From assembly GCA_000320545.1 (NCBI GenBank), contig ADNK01000095.1, positions 10,303 through 74,302 of the forward strand: a stretch of DNA of 64,000 nt, written 5' to 3'. The position numbers were made by a program, and so were the translations under genes. The first letter of the stretch is position 1, and every line of letters begins with the position of its first letter. This stretch comes from Bigelowiella natans CCMP2755. Lineage: Eukaryota; Protista; Cercozoa. The notes below the pieces were generated by a model. The model was not told the origin of the DNA and made no database searches. It was given only the letters and a program-made list of their open reading frames with translations. Shown one piece after another: positions 1 through 13,711 of this stretch.

Positions 1-1229
1 TGCTGCATGCACAGTGGGCTACACAATGGAGTTGCTCGCGGCGCTGCGCTTGCTTATACTTTTCATTGGTACACCGCTCAAAATTAAATGAAGGTCGTGC
101 TAATAAGCAATCGTACACATATATGCGCGCCATTCGCAAGATCGTAGCAACATGCATTTAACTGCATGAAATACATCATCGCGAAGCTTTAGGGAGACCA
201 ACAGATCCAACATTAGCGCCGTAGCCGCCGCATTGCATATCTACATGAGGATGACCACTGAACACATTTAATTGATGCATTACATCCGTCTTACACATAC
301 ATGCATACGGATTACGAAATAATAGCGATACATCATAGTACGTAGTCACAAATGTAAGGTGATAATGCACTACTGCTGCGCACATACATATGCATGGACA
401 TAGCACGCGCAAACGTTCGTACACATAACTAGACGTATGGGCCATCGCTCCCCTATTATTACATGTACAGGAAGTACGGCATATGTCTAGAGTGTACCAT
501 GGCATGTAGATACTGATTGCCTATTACATGTTGTTTGTGGGATTGTAGTAATTGGGACATGTGTGTACATATATCTAGTATATATATGTGTGATCGACAA
601 CATAGCAGTGTAGTGCCTTATCCCTATACTGGCGGGTCTAATTGCTCTATTTAATTGCACACATACACGCACTTAGTACTAACAGTCAATCTGAACTTGC
701 CTACCATGCTGCACTTTTCATCATCAAGGGAATCGCTTTATTAAGCCCCTGTCAAAGAGTATCTCGAGAGCTACAGCCACAGCCCCAAACGCAATAAAAC
801 TGACATCCGATATCAAAATGCCATAATGTTGTTAGTAAATTGACAACACGGAACAATCATGGGCAATAATATCGTGCAACTTCAATTCAAAGTGTTGTTT
901 CACATTCTGCTATCGTTCTTGAACCACAACCTTTCAGCAGCAATAAAAAGCCCCCTTCCGATCATGTTCCAGTCCGCTATTCTGATGTCGACGTTATTAT
1001 TATATGTTTCCTTTACTACTATATAATCCTTCTCTATGTCATCAGAATTCAACTTATATTATATCGTTTGAGACTTACAAAATTTTATGTATTATTCTGA
1101 GGAAAAGGATGTTTTTGTGTAGCATATGATTCTTCAACAAAATCGGCGTAAGGTTATAAATCCATAACTCGCATGAAGTATTATCACAGTAAGATTGGTT
1201 ACAAGCTTCAATTGTATCAACCACCCCAA

Positions 1230-2321
1230 AGGAGCTCCGCACGAGAGAGGAAGAGACGTGCATACGTTCGAGACCTGGAGGCCGTAAGGGGTGCGATGAT
1301 GAAATGAAATCGAGATATGAAGTTTATACTGTGCTTTACTATCACTCCCCCTTAATAATAACGAACCACCTGCAACAGAGCCAGTATTCTCTTATCACCC
1401 CCCCTTAATTAATAACGAACCACCTGCAACAGAGCCAGTATTCTCGTGATAGCAAAGGCCCCTACTACTCCTTGCTTCAACATTGGGTTAGGATCCTAAT
1501 CAAATTTAGTTGGTAGTATCTCGTATTTAGTTTCATCGTTGAGGAGGAGGGAGGCATCATAAGTGCCATGTACAATGATTTTATAACTATAGTACAGTGC
1601 CCTTTCTAGGCGGCCTGAGGTGAAGGACTGTTCAATATATTTCTTGAACAATTCTGTATGCTTATAAGGATAATTACTGAAATATAACTATATCTCAGTA
1701 TAAGAAGTGTTATCGCTAGTTCACCGACCTCTCTAACTGCATAACGATAAACCAAGGCTGAAAGGGCGAGTGATAAAGCTGATTTGCCAAAATACGTTAG
1801 CCAGATAAACGAATGGTATTTACCACATCCCTCCCTTCCTTTTCCTTCGATCATTCACATCATCTTTTCCTCTCTTTTATTGTTTCTTACAAACTATACC
1901 CAATGCATCGTGGTCGAACTCCCATTGTGCCGTCAGCCTGTCCATGAGCCGAGAGGGAGAGAGAGAGAGGGAGAGAGGGGGAGAGAGTGTGCGCTCAGTA
2001 TGTGAAAGTATCCATCAGAGATCCAGCATCATATTAAAAATTATTATTGGAAAGACCTATTCGGTGACAACAGAGCAATAGGAGCTGATGCAATCGACCC
2101 CACGATTGCTCTGAGATGATAATGCAAAACATTACTATTTCTTCGTATTTGCACAATTTCGGTAAAATATGTCTACGACCCAACGACTGCAGATTTGATG
2201 CTTTCGAATCTCTCCAAGTTTTCGTCGAAGTCTCCATTCCTGGTGGTGCGAGTAGCCCACTTCTTCCCCCTGTGGTTTTCGACATGCTTGATTTAGGTGG
2301 TTTCCAACAACTACTGGTAAG

Positions 2322-2356
<35 letters not shown>

Positions 2357-2550
2357 TTTATTGTCTGGTGATTAGTGCAAGTCGTCGTCGACTGCAACTC
2401 ATTCCTAAAGTTAGGAGGATAATGGTCACCTTGTAGTCATCATCGCCCCCCCCCCTTTAGATTCATCATCTGAACTAGATGAATGTGAAGCATGGCATTT
2501 GAAAGCAGCAGCACCTGGATGATTCCGATATCGTTCCTGCTTAGAGAGTG

Positions 2551-2604
<54 letters not shown>

Positions 2605-2816
2605 GAAAGAAAAGTAAGGACGTGCACTGGATTGACGACGCCCAATTACAACGAATAAAACACATCAATTTGAATTGCGAGCATCTTCTTTTCGACAATA
2701 TAGGAGGGGCGGAGGAGGGGAGGGAGGGAGAACCCGAGGATAATCTACGCCCCTGTAATTTGGAGAGACAGCAGCTTTACTCGTTTTTGAAAGAGGCAAA
2801 GCTAACGGAGTTGTAG
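1230..2816 (+). CDS. Possible intron-rich hypothetical gene (fragments only; boundaries uncertain)
   Basis: Exon-like stretches end in GT donors (e.g. ...FVEVSIPGGASSPLLPPVVFDMLDLGGFQQLL|gtaagt near 2317). A terminal exon reads QQQ...GKKSKDVHWIDDAQLQRIKH...KLTEL* and ends at 2816. No family recognised. Confidence 0.25.
1341..1445. repeat. Tandem duplication of about 52 bp (2 copies)
   Basis: ccccctta(a/at)taataacgaaccacctgcaacagagccagtattctc occurs at about 1341-1391 and 1394-1445. Confidence 0.9.
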
Positions 2817-2959
2817 TTAAGCAAATCACCAACAACAATAATTTTCTCATCTCCCACTCCATGTGTGCAGATTGAGCAACTGAAGTAGTCCCGAATTAAG
2901 TGGGTCGAGCTGCAATTACCACCACTGGTTGGTATAAGCAATTCCTCCTCCCCTCCCCC

Positions 2960-2993
<34 letters not shown>

Positions 2994-3321
2994 CGTCTCC
3001 TCCCTGCTGAGTAGTAGTACTAGTATACTAGGTAGTAGTAGTACTAGTAGTACAAGATCTAGATTCCTAGTAGTAAGTAGTTTTCCTAGTAGTAGTAGTA
3101 GTTTTCCTAGTAGTTGGATGCGAACGGAACTAACTAACGAACTAACTAACTGATCTATGTAGCTGATACATGTACTAGGAAGTTCCTAGTAGTAGATCTA
3201 GTAGATCTAGTAGGAATTAGAAAAAAACAATATTAGATCTACAGGTAATAATTCATGACAATAAATATCCCAGAGATTTCTCGGAGATATCCTACTACTA
3301 CCAAGGAGAGATGAACCGTTC

Positions 3322-4126
3322 ATGATGATTCTTTCTGCTCCTGCTTCCGGGATTGCGGGAGGATGGGGGGCATCCTCTTTACCACTCCTGTTTATCGCAT
3401 GTCTCAGGCTAGCCTCGACCGTAGCTGGCAGTAGGGTTCTGAATATTCCTCTCAAAAATCCACACGAAATCCTGTGCCAGAACAACACCATCGATCTCGT
3501 TATTCGCAGGAGCAGATTAACGATAAATGGCATCAGCTTCACGACACGATTGTAATATAATGCTGCTAAACAAGCTACTCGACTGAATGAAAGTGAAAGA
3601 GCTCAGAGATGTGATATGAGAGACTTGTTTAATTTTTACTAGATCCACCATGAAAGTCTTAATGTTTCTACCACCACCCTCATTTCAAATAATGTGTGTG
3701 TCAGGTATCATGATTCAGCTGGAACGGCTTACTTTCCGGGGCCCACTCTACGCATGAGGGCAGGAGATTCCTGCGGGATCCGTCTAATAAATGATCTTGA
3801 AGCCCAAACGCCGCACAGTGGCAGCACTTCCTGTCCTTTTCATGCGAACACTTACCACTGCCCAGACACTTCAAACTTGCACACCCATGGCTTGCACGTT
3901 GGGCCAACCGAGGACAACATCGACACTACCGTCAATCCTGGGGGGCAGAGCCACACGTATCGATATAACGTGCTTAGCACACATCTTATGGGAACCCACT
4001 GGTATCATGCGCACAAGCACGGGAGTACGGCGCTGCAGGTCTCCGGGGGGCTTCATGGCGCTCTCCTTGTGGATCCCGCGGCCTCGTACCATCTCCCGAA
4101 AGACCTCGATGCCCTTTACAGCAGGG

Positions 4127-4161
<35 letters not shown>

Positions 4162-5499
4162 CCATCCGACATGAAAGTGATGGTCCTTTCGCACGTGTGG
4201 TTCGGTGCGAGCGACGAAGGTGACAGCCTCTTCTCTCTCCAGAGCTACAATGACCTTTCCCAAGAGTACGTGCAACAATCCATCCCCCCAAACAATAATT
4301 CTACGGGAACATTCTACGTCGTCAATGGGCAGTATCAACCTACCGTGACTCAGTACGTGGGTGATGCTACGCTGTGGAGGCTTGTGCACCCCTCACGAGC
4401 ACGTGTCATCGAAGTTACCGTGTATCCAGCGACTGCTTGTACAATACGTTTGTTGGCGCGAGACGGCATTTTTCATTCTCAGGGAAGCACTGGCAGCGGA
4501 GGGTACCTGAATCTAAACTCTATTCTTCTTGGTCAGGGGAACCGAGCCGATGTAGCAGTATGGTGCCACACTGTTGGTCACTACGTCGTGAATATCACAC
4601 AGATGCCCGAGAATGACGAGTGTCTCGGCCATGGAGCAAGCAACCGTTTCGAGCAAGAGCTATTGTTCACGCTGAATGTTGTACAGCCGGAGGGGAAAGG
4701 ACTACCACTTCGACGCCTTCCTCATGCCTCGTATAATACCCTCAAACTTCCTAATTACTTACGTGACCTCAGAAATACCCCTTCTGATCGAGTCCACTAC
4801 CCGATTTCCCCAAAAGGCAGAGGAAATGTTACTTTCATAAAGCTCGGGCATGGCGACACTTCGGAAGGTGGAGTCAACGGTATCTCATTTAGAGGATACA
4901 ATGCACTTGATGTGGAAAAATACATCGGAATAATGTCGGTGAATCACGCGTACAAGCTGAAGCTGATGGGGTCCCCAGGTAAGAACGGTCATCCATACCA
5001 CCATCATGTCAATTCTTTTCAGCTTCAGGCCGATGACAAGTGCCATGGCCAGTCTTTCCGGGCGGGGGAATGGAGAGACGTGACGTTTGGTCGCGGTGTT
5101 GAAATTCGATGGAGGAATGACCGGTATTTTGGAGAAATAATGTTGCATTGCCACATGCTCGAGCACGAGGACAAGGGTATGATGTCCCTATACCGTGTCT
5201 GCAATGAGAACGAAACTACGGGGGTCTGCGCACTTGTTTCTCAAAAACGGCAGCATCAGGCTCTGGGTTCTTCATCTACAACAGAATTGGGTAATAAGCG
5301 GAGGGCTCACTTAGCAGCAGAAGATCCATGGCAGCTGATGATTCTACTATTTGCTACTACCGCATGTTGGGGCATTGGACTCGTCTCATTTATTTGGAGA
5401 CAGGTATTTGATAAATGTGTTGTGAGGAAAGCTTCTCAAGAGAGCAACCAAGGCCGATATGGAAGCTTCGGCCACAATCTGAATTTTGAAAGCTCTTAG
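3322..5499 (+). CDS. Multicopper oxidase with N-terminal signal-like segment and C-terminal transmembrane helix; 2 exons (3322-3551, 3705-5499)
   Basis: GT..AG intron 3552-3704 joins TT|G = Leu in frame (..FTTRL-YHDSAGTAYFPGPTLR). All four copper motifs are present: HTHG, WYHAH, HPYHHH, HCHMLEHEDKGMM (axial Met). Hydrophobic tail WQLMILLFATTACWGIGLVSFIW. Confidence 0.93.
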
Positions 5500-6879
5500 T
5501 AGGTAGACTACCTACGATCAGCCTATAAACCTAGATAATCCTGCAGACTTTCGCAAGTGCCCTGCAGTTCTCGAATTAAAAAAATAGAATGAAGTTTTCT
5601 CCACGCACCGCGTGCGGCACATAGATTTTATGACTCTATGCGTATACCACTGCGTCAAGCACATGGAATAGCACATCGATCCATCATTTTGCTAAAATTC
5701 AGATTCATGTGTATTGCAAACTCACATTGAAGCGCAGTTGCATGTATGTGTGGAAATGAATGATCATGTGTGCATGAGAAAATGTACACACAAAGCATTG
5801 GCACAGATGTCTCACGCGCGCATGCACGCACGTAGACTTCATGTCTTCAGAGCGGGTGTCATGTCGCTCATTGTGATGTGTGGTTAGCAGCTAGGTACCG
5901 CCACATCGCCGCTGTGTGCAGCCGCGTTTGTGTTGTGACTGCCAGACATCCAAGTGCATGTTTGTGAGCTTATTGTTGCTATTGTCATTGCAATGCAGCA
6001 CGTGCGTCATGTGATATATGAGGTTTTGTCTGCAGCTTCGATCGGACGGCTTGCTTTTGGCCAACCCCGGTGCTGTGCATGTAGCTAGCTCAACTGCCGA
6101 GTCGGGTACGTCACGATGATCAATGTTACCCTATGCAATGCTCGTCGCTCGATCGAGTGCATAGGTGAATCACACCATCACAATTTTATGTGGTTATATT
6201 AAGTCGTTACATCATCATTTTGCAAGAAAATGTGCATCCGCATATGCATGTACGCCATCGTCTATCGGCGTGATCGTGGATCACAACCAACCTTTCGCTC
6301 TAGGAAAATGATCGCCACGAGAAGACATGGAGTTTGCATGATGAAGAACAAGATGCTATCATGATGTGTTTTGCATGAGATGGATTAAGAAACACACCAT
6401 TTCGATCAACTTCCCGATCTACAAAGCTCTTATTTATTCAGTCCACGGCGACTTGGTTTCCCTTGATTGTAAAATTCAGATTTCGAAAGGAGCCTGCAAT
6501 TGCATCAAACAAACAATCATTCATCGGAAAAACTCTGATGATGATGAAGAATATACACATGAAATCACCTCAAGAAAAAATAACATATAACCTTGAAAGT
6601 TCTCCTTCCTCGGAGACAGAGGATTGAGTGTAATACTTGTTATTACTATGAACCAATCCTTCAGTATCACTATTATATTCGTTGCTATCATATCCAGCTG
6701 ATTAATAAGTAATAAGTGTGAAAATTTAGATGTTGACTCAATAATAAATAAATAAATACGATACATCGAGAAAGTCTTTGGTAAGGAAAACAATGAAGAA
6801 TAAACATAGCAGTGCAAGCAATAACATTGTACATAGACAACTGCTGCTGCTGCTGTAGCAATCGAACCAGCGTTTGTTG

Positions 6880-8894
6880 TTAAGAAATCAATTCCGTCGT
6901 ATCCTCGTTCTTTAAGTGCAGGTGTCGGTCTTTCATACCGAGCACTCTCCTCCTCCGTTGAATCTGAAATAGAAGAAGGAGTATCATATCATGAAGAGAA
7001 GAAGAAGAAGAAGAAGAAGAAGAAGAAGAAGAGAGGATAGGAGAGGAGTGTTGGATCTTGAAGAACAACCCCCACAGTATGTAGATGACTACAATCCAAT
7101 TTATCAGCATTCATCCACCATTCATTATTACTATTATAATATATTTGTTTCTACAACTGTGAGATAATGTGGGAAATATACTACCTAGAGCAATATATAA
7201 AAAAGTGATAATTTAATCATAGTGATAGAATTAATCTACACCTTGACTGCTTTCTTTTTTTCTCCTATTATTCACGATGATGTCATTACGATCATCATCA
7301 TAATCGTCCGGTGATATCATCTTCTTATGATGACGATTATCGACAAAGTATTCCAAATTTCTTAGAGGCTTAGGCTCTTCTTGACTCCAAAAAATTCTCT
7401 CAACATTGCTATAATTTTTGTTTCCTGTAATTAATGAATTTAGATGAATGAAAACATGAGGCTGCTAGATGATAAAGAAAGATGAAATACTACAATGGAA
7501 AGATGTTATTATCATTTTATTTTATTATTAATACTTAGATAAATAGTGTAATCTAAATTCTAAGATAGAAGAAGAACCATAGTTGTTAAAAATCTTGTAT
7601 TTGTCGGTCTCCATCCAAGACTGTGATGATGATATTGCTTTTGCATGAGTAGTCGTTGATCCCGCAGCTGTAGCCTTCTTCTTACTCCTGTGCATTACTA
7701 AATAGCAGCGTTAAGTTGTAAAACACATATAATTTGTTTTTGTTCAGCATCTCTTCAAAATATAGAATACTAAAACAAATGACCTCTTTCCTTGCTATTG
7801 ACCCCACGTTGTTGCATCTTTGCCTCCTAAATATGAATGATTATCGATGAAACCATCAGAACTATAACATGAGTAAACTACTATTTATATCAAGACAGAT
7901 TACGTACATAATAATCATATTTATTATCTTCGTCATCATCATCATCATGATCATCATCATTATTTTTCTAATTTCATATCCTAGCTGCAATTCGCTGAGT
8001 ATTTCTTCGTAGCAAATACTTGTTCCTCTAGACCGAACATATGCATATATTTCTTCTTTTTTTCCCCTCCATTATTATTATCACTACATTCAGTGGAGGG
8101 CCGTTTTGCAGTATTCTGTCGATTTTGCGGCTAACAATTTCCTATTCAACCGAGCAAACATTATATTATATGATATCCCAACAAGAGATGACACCATAGC
8201 ATTGTTAATATAGCAGTATCACATTGTGTAAGAGTGTGGAGGAGTACGTCGGGACAATGATGAGAATGATGATGATAATAATAATGATGATGGTGATGAT
8301 AGTAATGGGTTTTGTAGATAACAATAGAAATACTCAGCTAACTTACATAAAAAATGAAAAACCGCTATTTATTAAACCATGTACATACATAGTGCAGGGC
8401 CCATTTTTTCTTTCGAAATTCTTCATCCTGTTTGTTGTCTTTCTTCCGCTGTTTCCTAGGAGAATCAAATAAGATAGAACGTACTTTTTTAATTCGGCAA
8501 ATCAAGAATCTTAGAAGTCAAAAGATAATTTATTAATGATTATTGACCTTTGCTTTTGTAGTAATACCCTATTATCCCTCCCTAGGTTGACTTTCAAAAC
8601 ATATAAGAACAAATTACTACTTTGAGGAGGAGGATGAGGAGGAGGAGGAGGAGGAGGAGGAGGAGGAGGAGAGGGAGGAAGAACATAGTATTATATGTGT
8701 ATATATATGTATATATGTGTACTGTCAGTCACACAATATCCTATTACATAATATTACTTTTGTGAGTAATACTACCATTTTGGTCTCCTAATCCTTGAGT
8801 TTCAATAAAATCAAGAAAACCAGAGCTTTCTTCTTCCCTGAAATAGATGGTATTGTGAAACAATTATGAATTTTGATGGTACCAGTCTACTAAA

Positions 8895-8943
<49 letters not shown>

Positions 8944-9243
8944 ATTTTGATATGGTGAGGTAAACAAACAGAAACTGCGACTGGAATGTAGGTTCATTGG
9001 TGAGAAATGAAGAATATTGAAGTATTTATATTTCATCAACTTTTCATCACAATTTTTCCATTGATCTAAAACCAATTCCAGCAATCTGTGACGAATGACA
9101 ATGACTGAACTTCACAAGGTTCTTAATAATAGTAATTAAATATCACCCTTGCTCATTCTCTTCTCCATTAAACGACGATCTTGGTATCGACATGCTATTT
9201 TGTTTTCTGTTCTCTTCTGGATATAGCTGCAATAGAAGAAGAA

Positions 9244-9275
<32 letters not shown>

Positions 9276-9993
9276 AAAAGACGGAGAAAAAAGCAGATTT
9301 TGTGTCATCATCATATAATATGTCATTATTCAAAGGAAAGTTGAAATTATTAATTATTACGATATTAATTCCTTAATATATATTATGTGTAGAATCTTGA
9401 TAAATTAAGGATGAAATTTGGATTATATGTTCTTTTATCAATTTGGAATCCTGGTTTTTGACAAATCTGCACACACACATATACATAAACATACACATAC
9501 ACATAGTGAAATTTAAGTGTTTACTACTACCTACCTACCTAACTACCTACCTTACTATTTTGAGGATCAAACATCCCTGATTATAATAGTTATAATCAAT
9601 GGTAGGCAAGAAATTGATAAAGAAGAAGAGGGACGCAACAAGATATGACAAAGAAGAATATAAAGAACGACAAGGGGGGGGAGGGGGGGGGGTAACCAAG
9701 CATGAATGGATGATGGAGGAGATATTATTGAAAGAACAGGAGGAAGGGAGAACAAAATGGGAGATTGTTCTACAAGCAGCAGCAGCAATAGCAGAAAGAA
9801 TGCATAAATACAACGAACAAATACTAAGATTATTATACAGCCAGCAGCATCAGAAAGAATGTATAAAAGAGAGAACTAAAAGAATAACCTTCCCATAGAT
9901 CTGTGGATATCATATTCTCCCATTCATCCCCCTGCTGTTGTTTCTGTTTTCTTTGCTGCTGGTACAGTACAATCATGCGTGCGTGATTATATT

Positions 9994-10030
<37 letters not shown>

Positions 10031-10610
10031 AGGATTTTATGTATTTATGGATGGTGCATACATATTAATAATCACGTGTTTTACTCATTGTATGTGTGCA
10101 TCTAAGCTAGCAAACACACGCTGCATAGGGTTGTTATGGGCGCCTTTTGTTAATCTCTCACTTCGTAAAGAAAGAAAAACAACATGTGAGACAATTCAGC
10201 TATGTAGTTCTCTCCGACAAAACACATGTTTTTTCCCATTTAGCCATCATATTAGCCAGCAGCACTGGTCTAGCGACGAAAATTGACGATGACTTTCGTA
10301 TTTATAGAATATATTATCTTATATCTTATATCTTAATAATGCAGCATGTTTCAAAGTGTTGGTGGTGGAGATAAACGTAGAGGAAGCAGCAGCAGCAGCA
10401 GTAGTAGTAGTACTAGTAGTAATAGTGGTAGTAGCCTGCGTTGTTGTTGTTGTTGTTGTTGTTGTTGTTACCGTTGCTGTTGTAGAACAATTTTCCCTTT
10501 GGAATTTCCTCCTACCCCTCCCCCGACTGATGCTATGACCAAGAGTATCATCATCATCACCAATTTTGAAATCAACTAATTCCAACGGCTGTGGCTCGAA
10601 GGCGTGGAAC
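6880..10610 (-). CDS. Hypothetical intron-rich gene (many short exons, no recognised domain)
   Basis: A series of AG..GT-bounded open segments on the minus strand, e.g. QQQGDEWENMISTDLWE, LLELVLDQWKNCDEKLMKYKY, EEESSGFLDFIETQGLGDQN, NYSNVERIFWSQEEPKPLRNLEYF, and a terminal IQRRRRVLGMKDRHLHLKNEDTTELIS*. Start not determined. Confidence 0.45.
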
Positions 10611-10740
10611 TCCCTAATGTTTATTATGTATGTTAAATTTGATTGACTAATTCTTCATTGTTATGTTATTACCGGCTGAGAATAAAATCAGTCTCAGTGC
10701 TTAACGTCGTTGAGGATGACGACGACCTAAGTAAGAAGTA

Positions 10741-10950
10741 GGTGGTGGTTTAAGAAGAGAGAGAAAGAAGATACAGGTGGTGATTCAAGAAGAGAGAGAA
10801 AGAAGATACAGGTGGTGATTCAAGAAGAGAGAGAAAGAAGATACAGGTGGTGATTCAAGAAGAGAGAGAAAGAAGATACAGGTGGTGATTCAAGAAGAGA
10901 GAGAAAGAAGATACAGGTGGTGATTCAAGAAGAGAGAGAAAGAAGATACA
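10741..10950. repeat. Minisatellite, 6 x 35 bp
   Basis: Unit ggtggtgattcaagaagagagagaaagaagataca repeated head-to-tail; five copies identical, the first has 2 mismatches; no spacers. Confidence 0.97.
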
Positions 10951-11093
10951 CACCAATGTTCACAAAGTAAAGAAAATAAAGAAAGATGATCCTCAAGAAG
11001 AAGGGAAAACATTATAAGCTTGCATCTTGTTGTTATTGCAGCGAATCCTCAATAATACGTACCATTCATTGCTCTACACAACAAATTATTACC

Positions 11094-11843
11094 CTTCTTT
11101 CGCCTTCTTCTGCCTTCGTTTCTTCTTAAATTCTTCGAACCTTCTCTTCATCAAGCCCACTTTTTGAATCAAAATAATAAAAAGCAAATAATAAATGCGG
11201 AATGAACGGTAGGAGGAGGAGGAGGAGGAGGAGGAGGAGGAGGAGGAGGAGGAGGAGGAGGAGGAGGAGGAGGAGGAGGGGGAGGAGGAGGAGAAGGACG
11301 TGGAGAATCTTGACTTGACTTGAACGAAGTCATCATAAAATCTTTTCTTTTTTTATTCTTAGAATCATCTTCTCCATCCCATAATTCAGCTTCTTCTTCT
11401 TTTCATGTCATCGATGTCGTCGCCATATATGTTAGTGGTCCCCTACGTGAGTCGTCGTCATCATCATCATCATCATCCTCTTCTGTCTCTTCTGACGAGG
11501 CAATAGTTCTTCCTCCTATGGTGTTGCCGCCTCCCCCTCCTCTTTTGCTGCCATAAGTATAATAAGGTTTTTTGTGTTCCTCTTTCTCGCCGCTAATTTG
11601 GTCGTCAGCGCATGGTCCTCCCCCCTCCCCTCTTCCCCCATCATTATCCGAATGGTAGTAATTCTGCTGATTCAATAATGATGGTGATAAATGCGATAAG
11701 ACGATGGTGATAGTTTGGAGCAGCACGTGGTGTGAATAAATGCTAGCATGAGCTTACATTTTAAGATTAGTAACCTTGTCATATCTCAGTTTTCTATCTC
11801 CCCCCCCTGACAAAGCTGCCTTTTTCTTTTGATCATACACCAT
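11094..11843 (-). CDS. Possible small hypothetical gene or upstream exons of the 6.9-10.6 kb gene
   Basis: Exon-like segments MVYDQKKKAALSGGGDRKLRYDK, DQISGEKEEHKKPYYTYGSK..EETEEDDDD, and a Lys/Arg-rich segment ending in a GT donor near 11093. Confidence 0.25.
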
Positions 11844-12532
11844 CGTATATCCTCCTCCACCACTTCTGACGGTTTCGCAGCAGAATGAGTAGCCGTGTGT
11901 ATAGAAGAAAATTGACTTCCTTTTTTCTGATATGGGAGAGGATATCAGCACCAGCAGGAGGAGTAGTAGCAACACCAGCAAACGCAGCAGCAAAATTGCA
12001 AGATTTTGGGCATGGATGAAAAGCAACAGAGAAACTGGCCAAAAATGTGAATGTTGATAACACTTGTACTGTAGACAGGAAATAAATGTAGAAAGAGGAG
12101 CAATGGTGGCGCAACAATAATACCACTTAGTAGACATTAATAGTGGCAATTATAAATCTCGGAAAGATAGGATTTAGTGATTGTTATGGCAGCTAGAAAG
12201 GAGGAGGAGCAATCGACTGCGGTAGTGGTAGTAGTAGTAGTTCTTGCTCTCTCTCTCTCTCTCTCTCAGCAGCAGCAGCGTCTATGGAGTCGCCAATAGT
12301 TTTTTACACTTTTTTGGAAGGAAAACTTGTCGCACCACTGAATCCTCCTCTTACTGTCGTATACCTAAACTTTTAAATTAATTTTGCGCCTCAAATTAAT
12401 TTGAATTTAACTCGTTCAAAGTTTTACACGTTCTACCCGCCCCCGTATACGAAAGCCATGGATACAAAGAATCTGCTAGTTGCAAAAAACGTTTGAGAGA
12501 GGAGGAAGACATAGACATAATCTGGGGAGAAT

Positions 12533-12689
12533 ATGCAACGACGTGGCCGTTTGCATTTTCTCCTTGCACACATACTCTGTGGATATCTTTCTATTGGTGA
12601 CTCGTTGTCCAGAGTGGAGCAGCAGCATCGTCATGGTAATTTGCAATCTAGAAACAAATACTTATTATTATTATTATTATTATTATTAT

Positions 12690-12724
<35 letters not shown>

Positions 12725-12785
12725 CACATAGAATAACGACATTACTAGATTGGATAAAGTTGTTCAAATGATTCACACATACATA

Positions 12786-12862
<77 letters not shown>

Positions 12863-12952
12863 TATAATTCCCCAACATTACTCAACATATTTACTCAACC
12901 AATATTTCGTTTTACATGTATATGTATATGTATAATGATTCACACGTACATA

Positions 12953-12988
<36 letters not shown>

Positions 12989-13030
12989 ATTTACTCAACC
13001 AATATTTCGTTTTACATATATATATAATAT

Positions 13031-13078
<48 letters not shown>

Positions 13079-13672
13079 CATATTTCTCAATTATTCAGAA
13101 CAAGCTTGGGTTTCTGATGGCGTCAGCGCACAGATAGCGTTCTCTCCAATTATCGAAGATGACGAGCCTTCTGAGTCGTTGTCTAACCTTTCTTCTGTTT
13201 CTTCTATTTCATCTTCTTCTTCTCGAAGCTACCACCACCACCACAATAATAATGATAAAGGGGTGATGAGTAATTACTCTTCTAAAGGGGGGGGGGGAGT
13301 GCCGAGCAGTAGCAGGTTACCGCAGGAGGTGGTACTAAAAGATGATGATAGTTATAACAATCATAATGATTATGGCGATGATGATCGTCACAATCGCCAG
13401 CAGCAGCATACTCGTTTTAAATTTGTATCTGTTCATTACGATGATGCCAAGGACAAAAGGAAACAAGGTGTAATTACCAGCCTGGGAAATAATCACCGTG
13501 CTACTACTACTACTACTACTACTAATTCTACAACTATCGAAAGCAGCAGCATCAATAATAATGGACGGGGGAGAGGGAGAGGTGGTGGAGAACTCCATTA
13601 TCCTCATCCCTCTACTACACCCAATCATCATCATAGTAATCATAAGGTTGATGGTAATGTTCATCATTCCTC

Positions 13673-13711
<39 letters not shown>

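Noticed and set aside
3322-6900. Fet3/Ftr1-type iron-uptake gene pair
   Set aside because: No permease with REGLE motifs is visible next to the oxidase.
10741-10950. CRISPR array (35-bp repeats)
   Set aside because: Units are head-to-tail with no unique spacers, there are no cas genes, and the context is eukaryotic.
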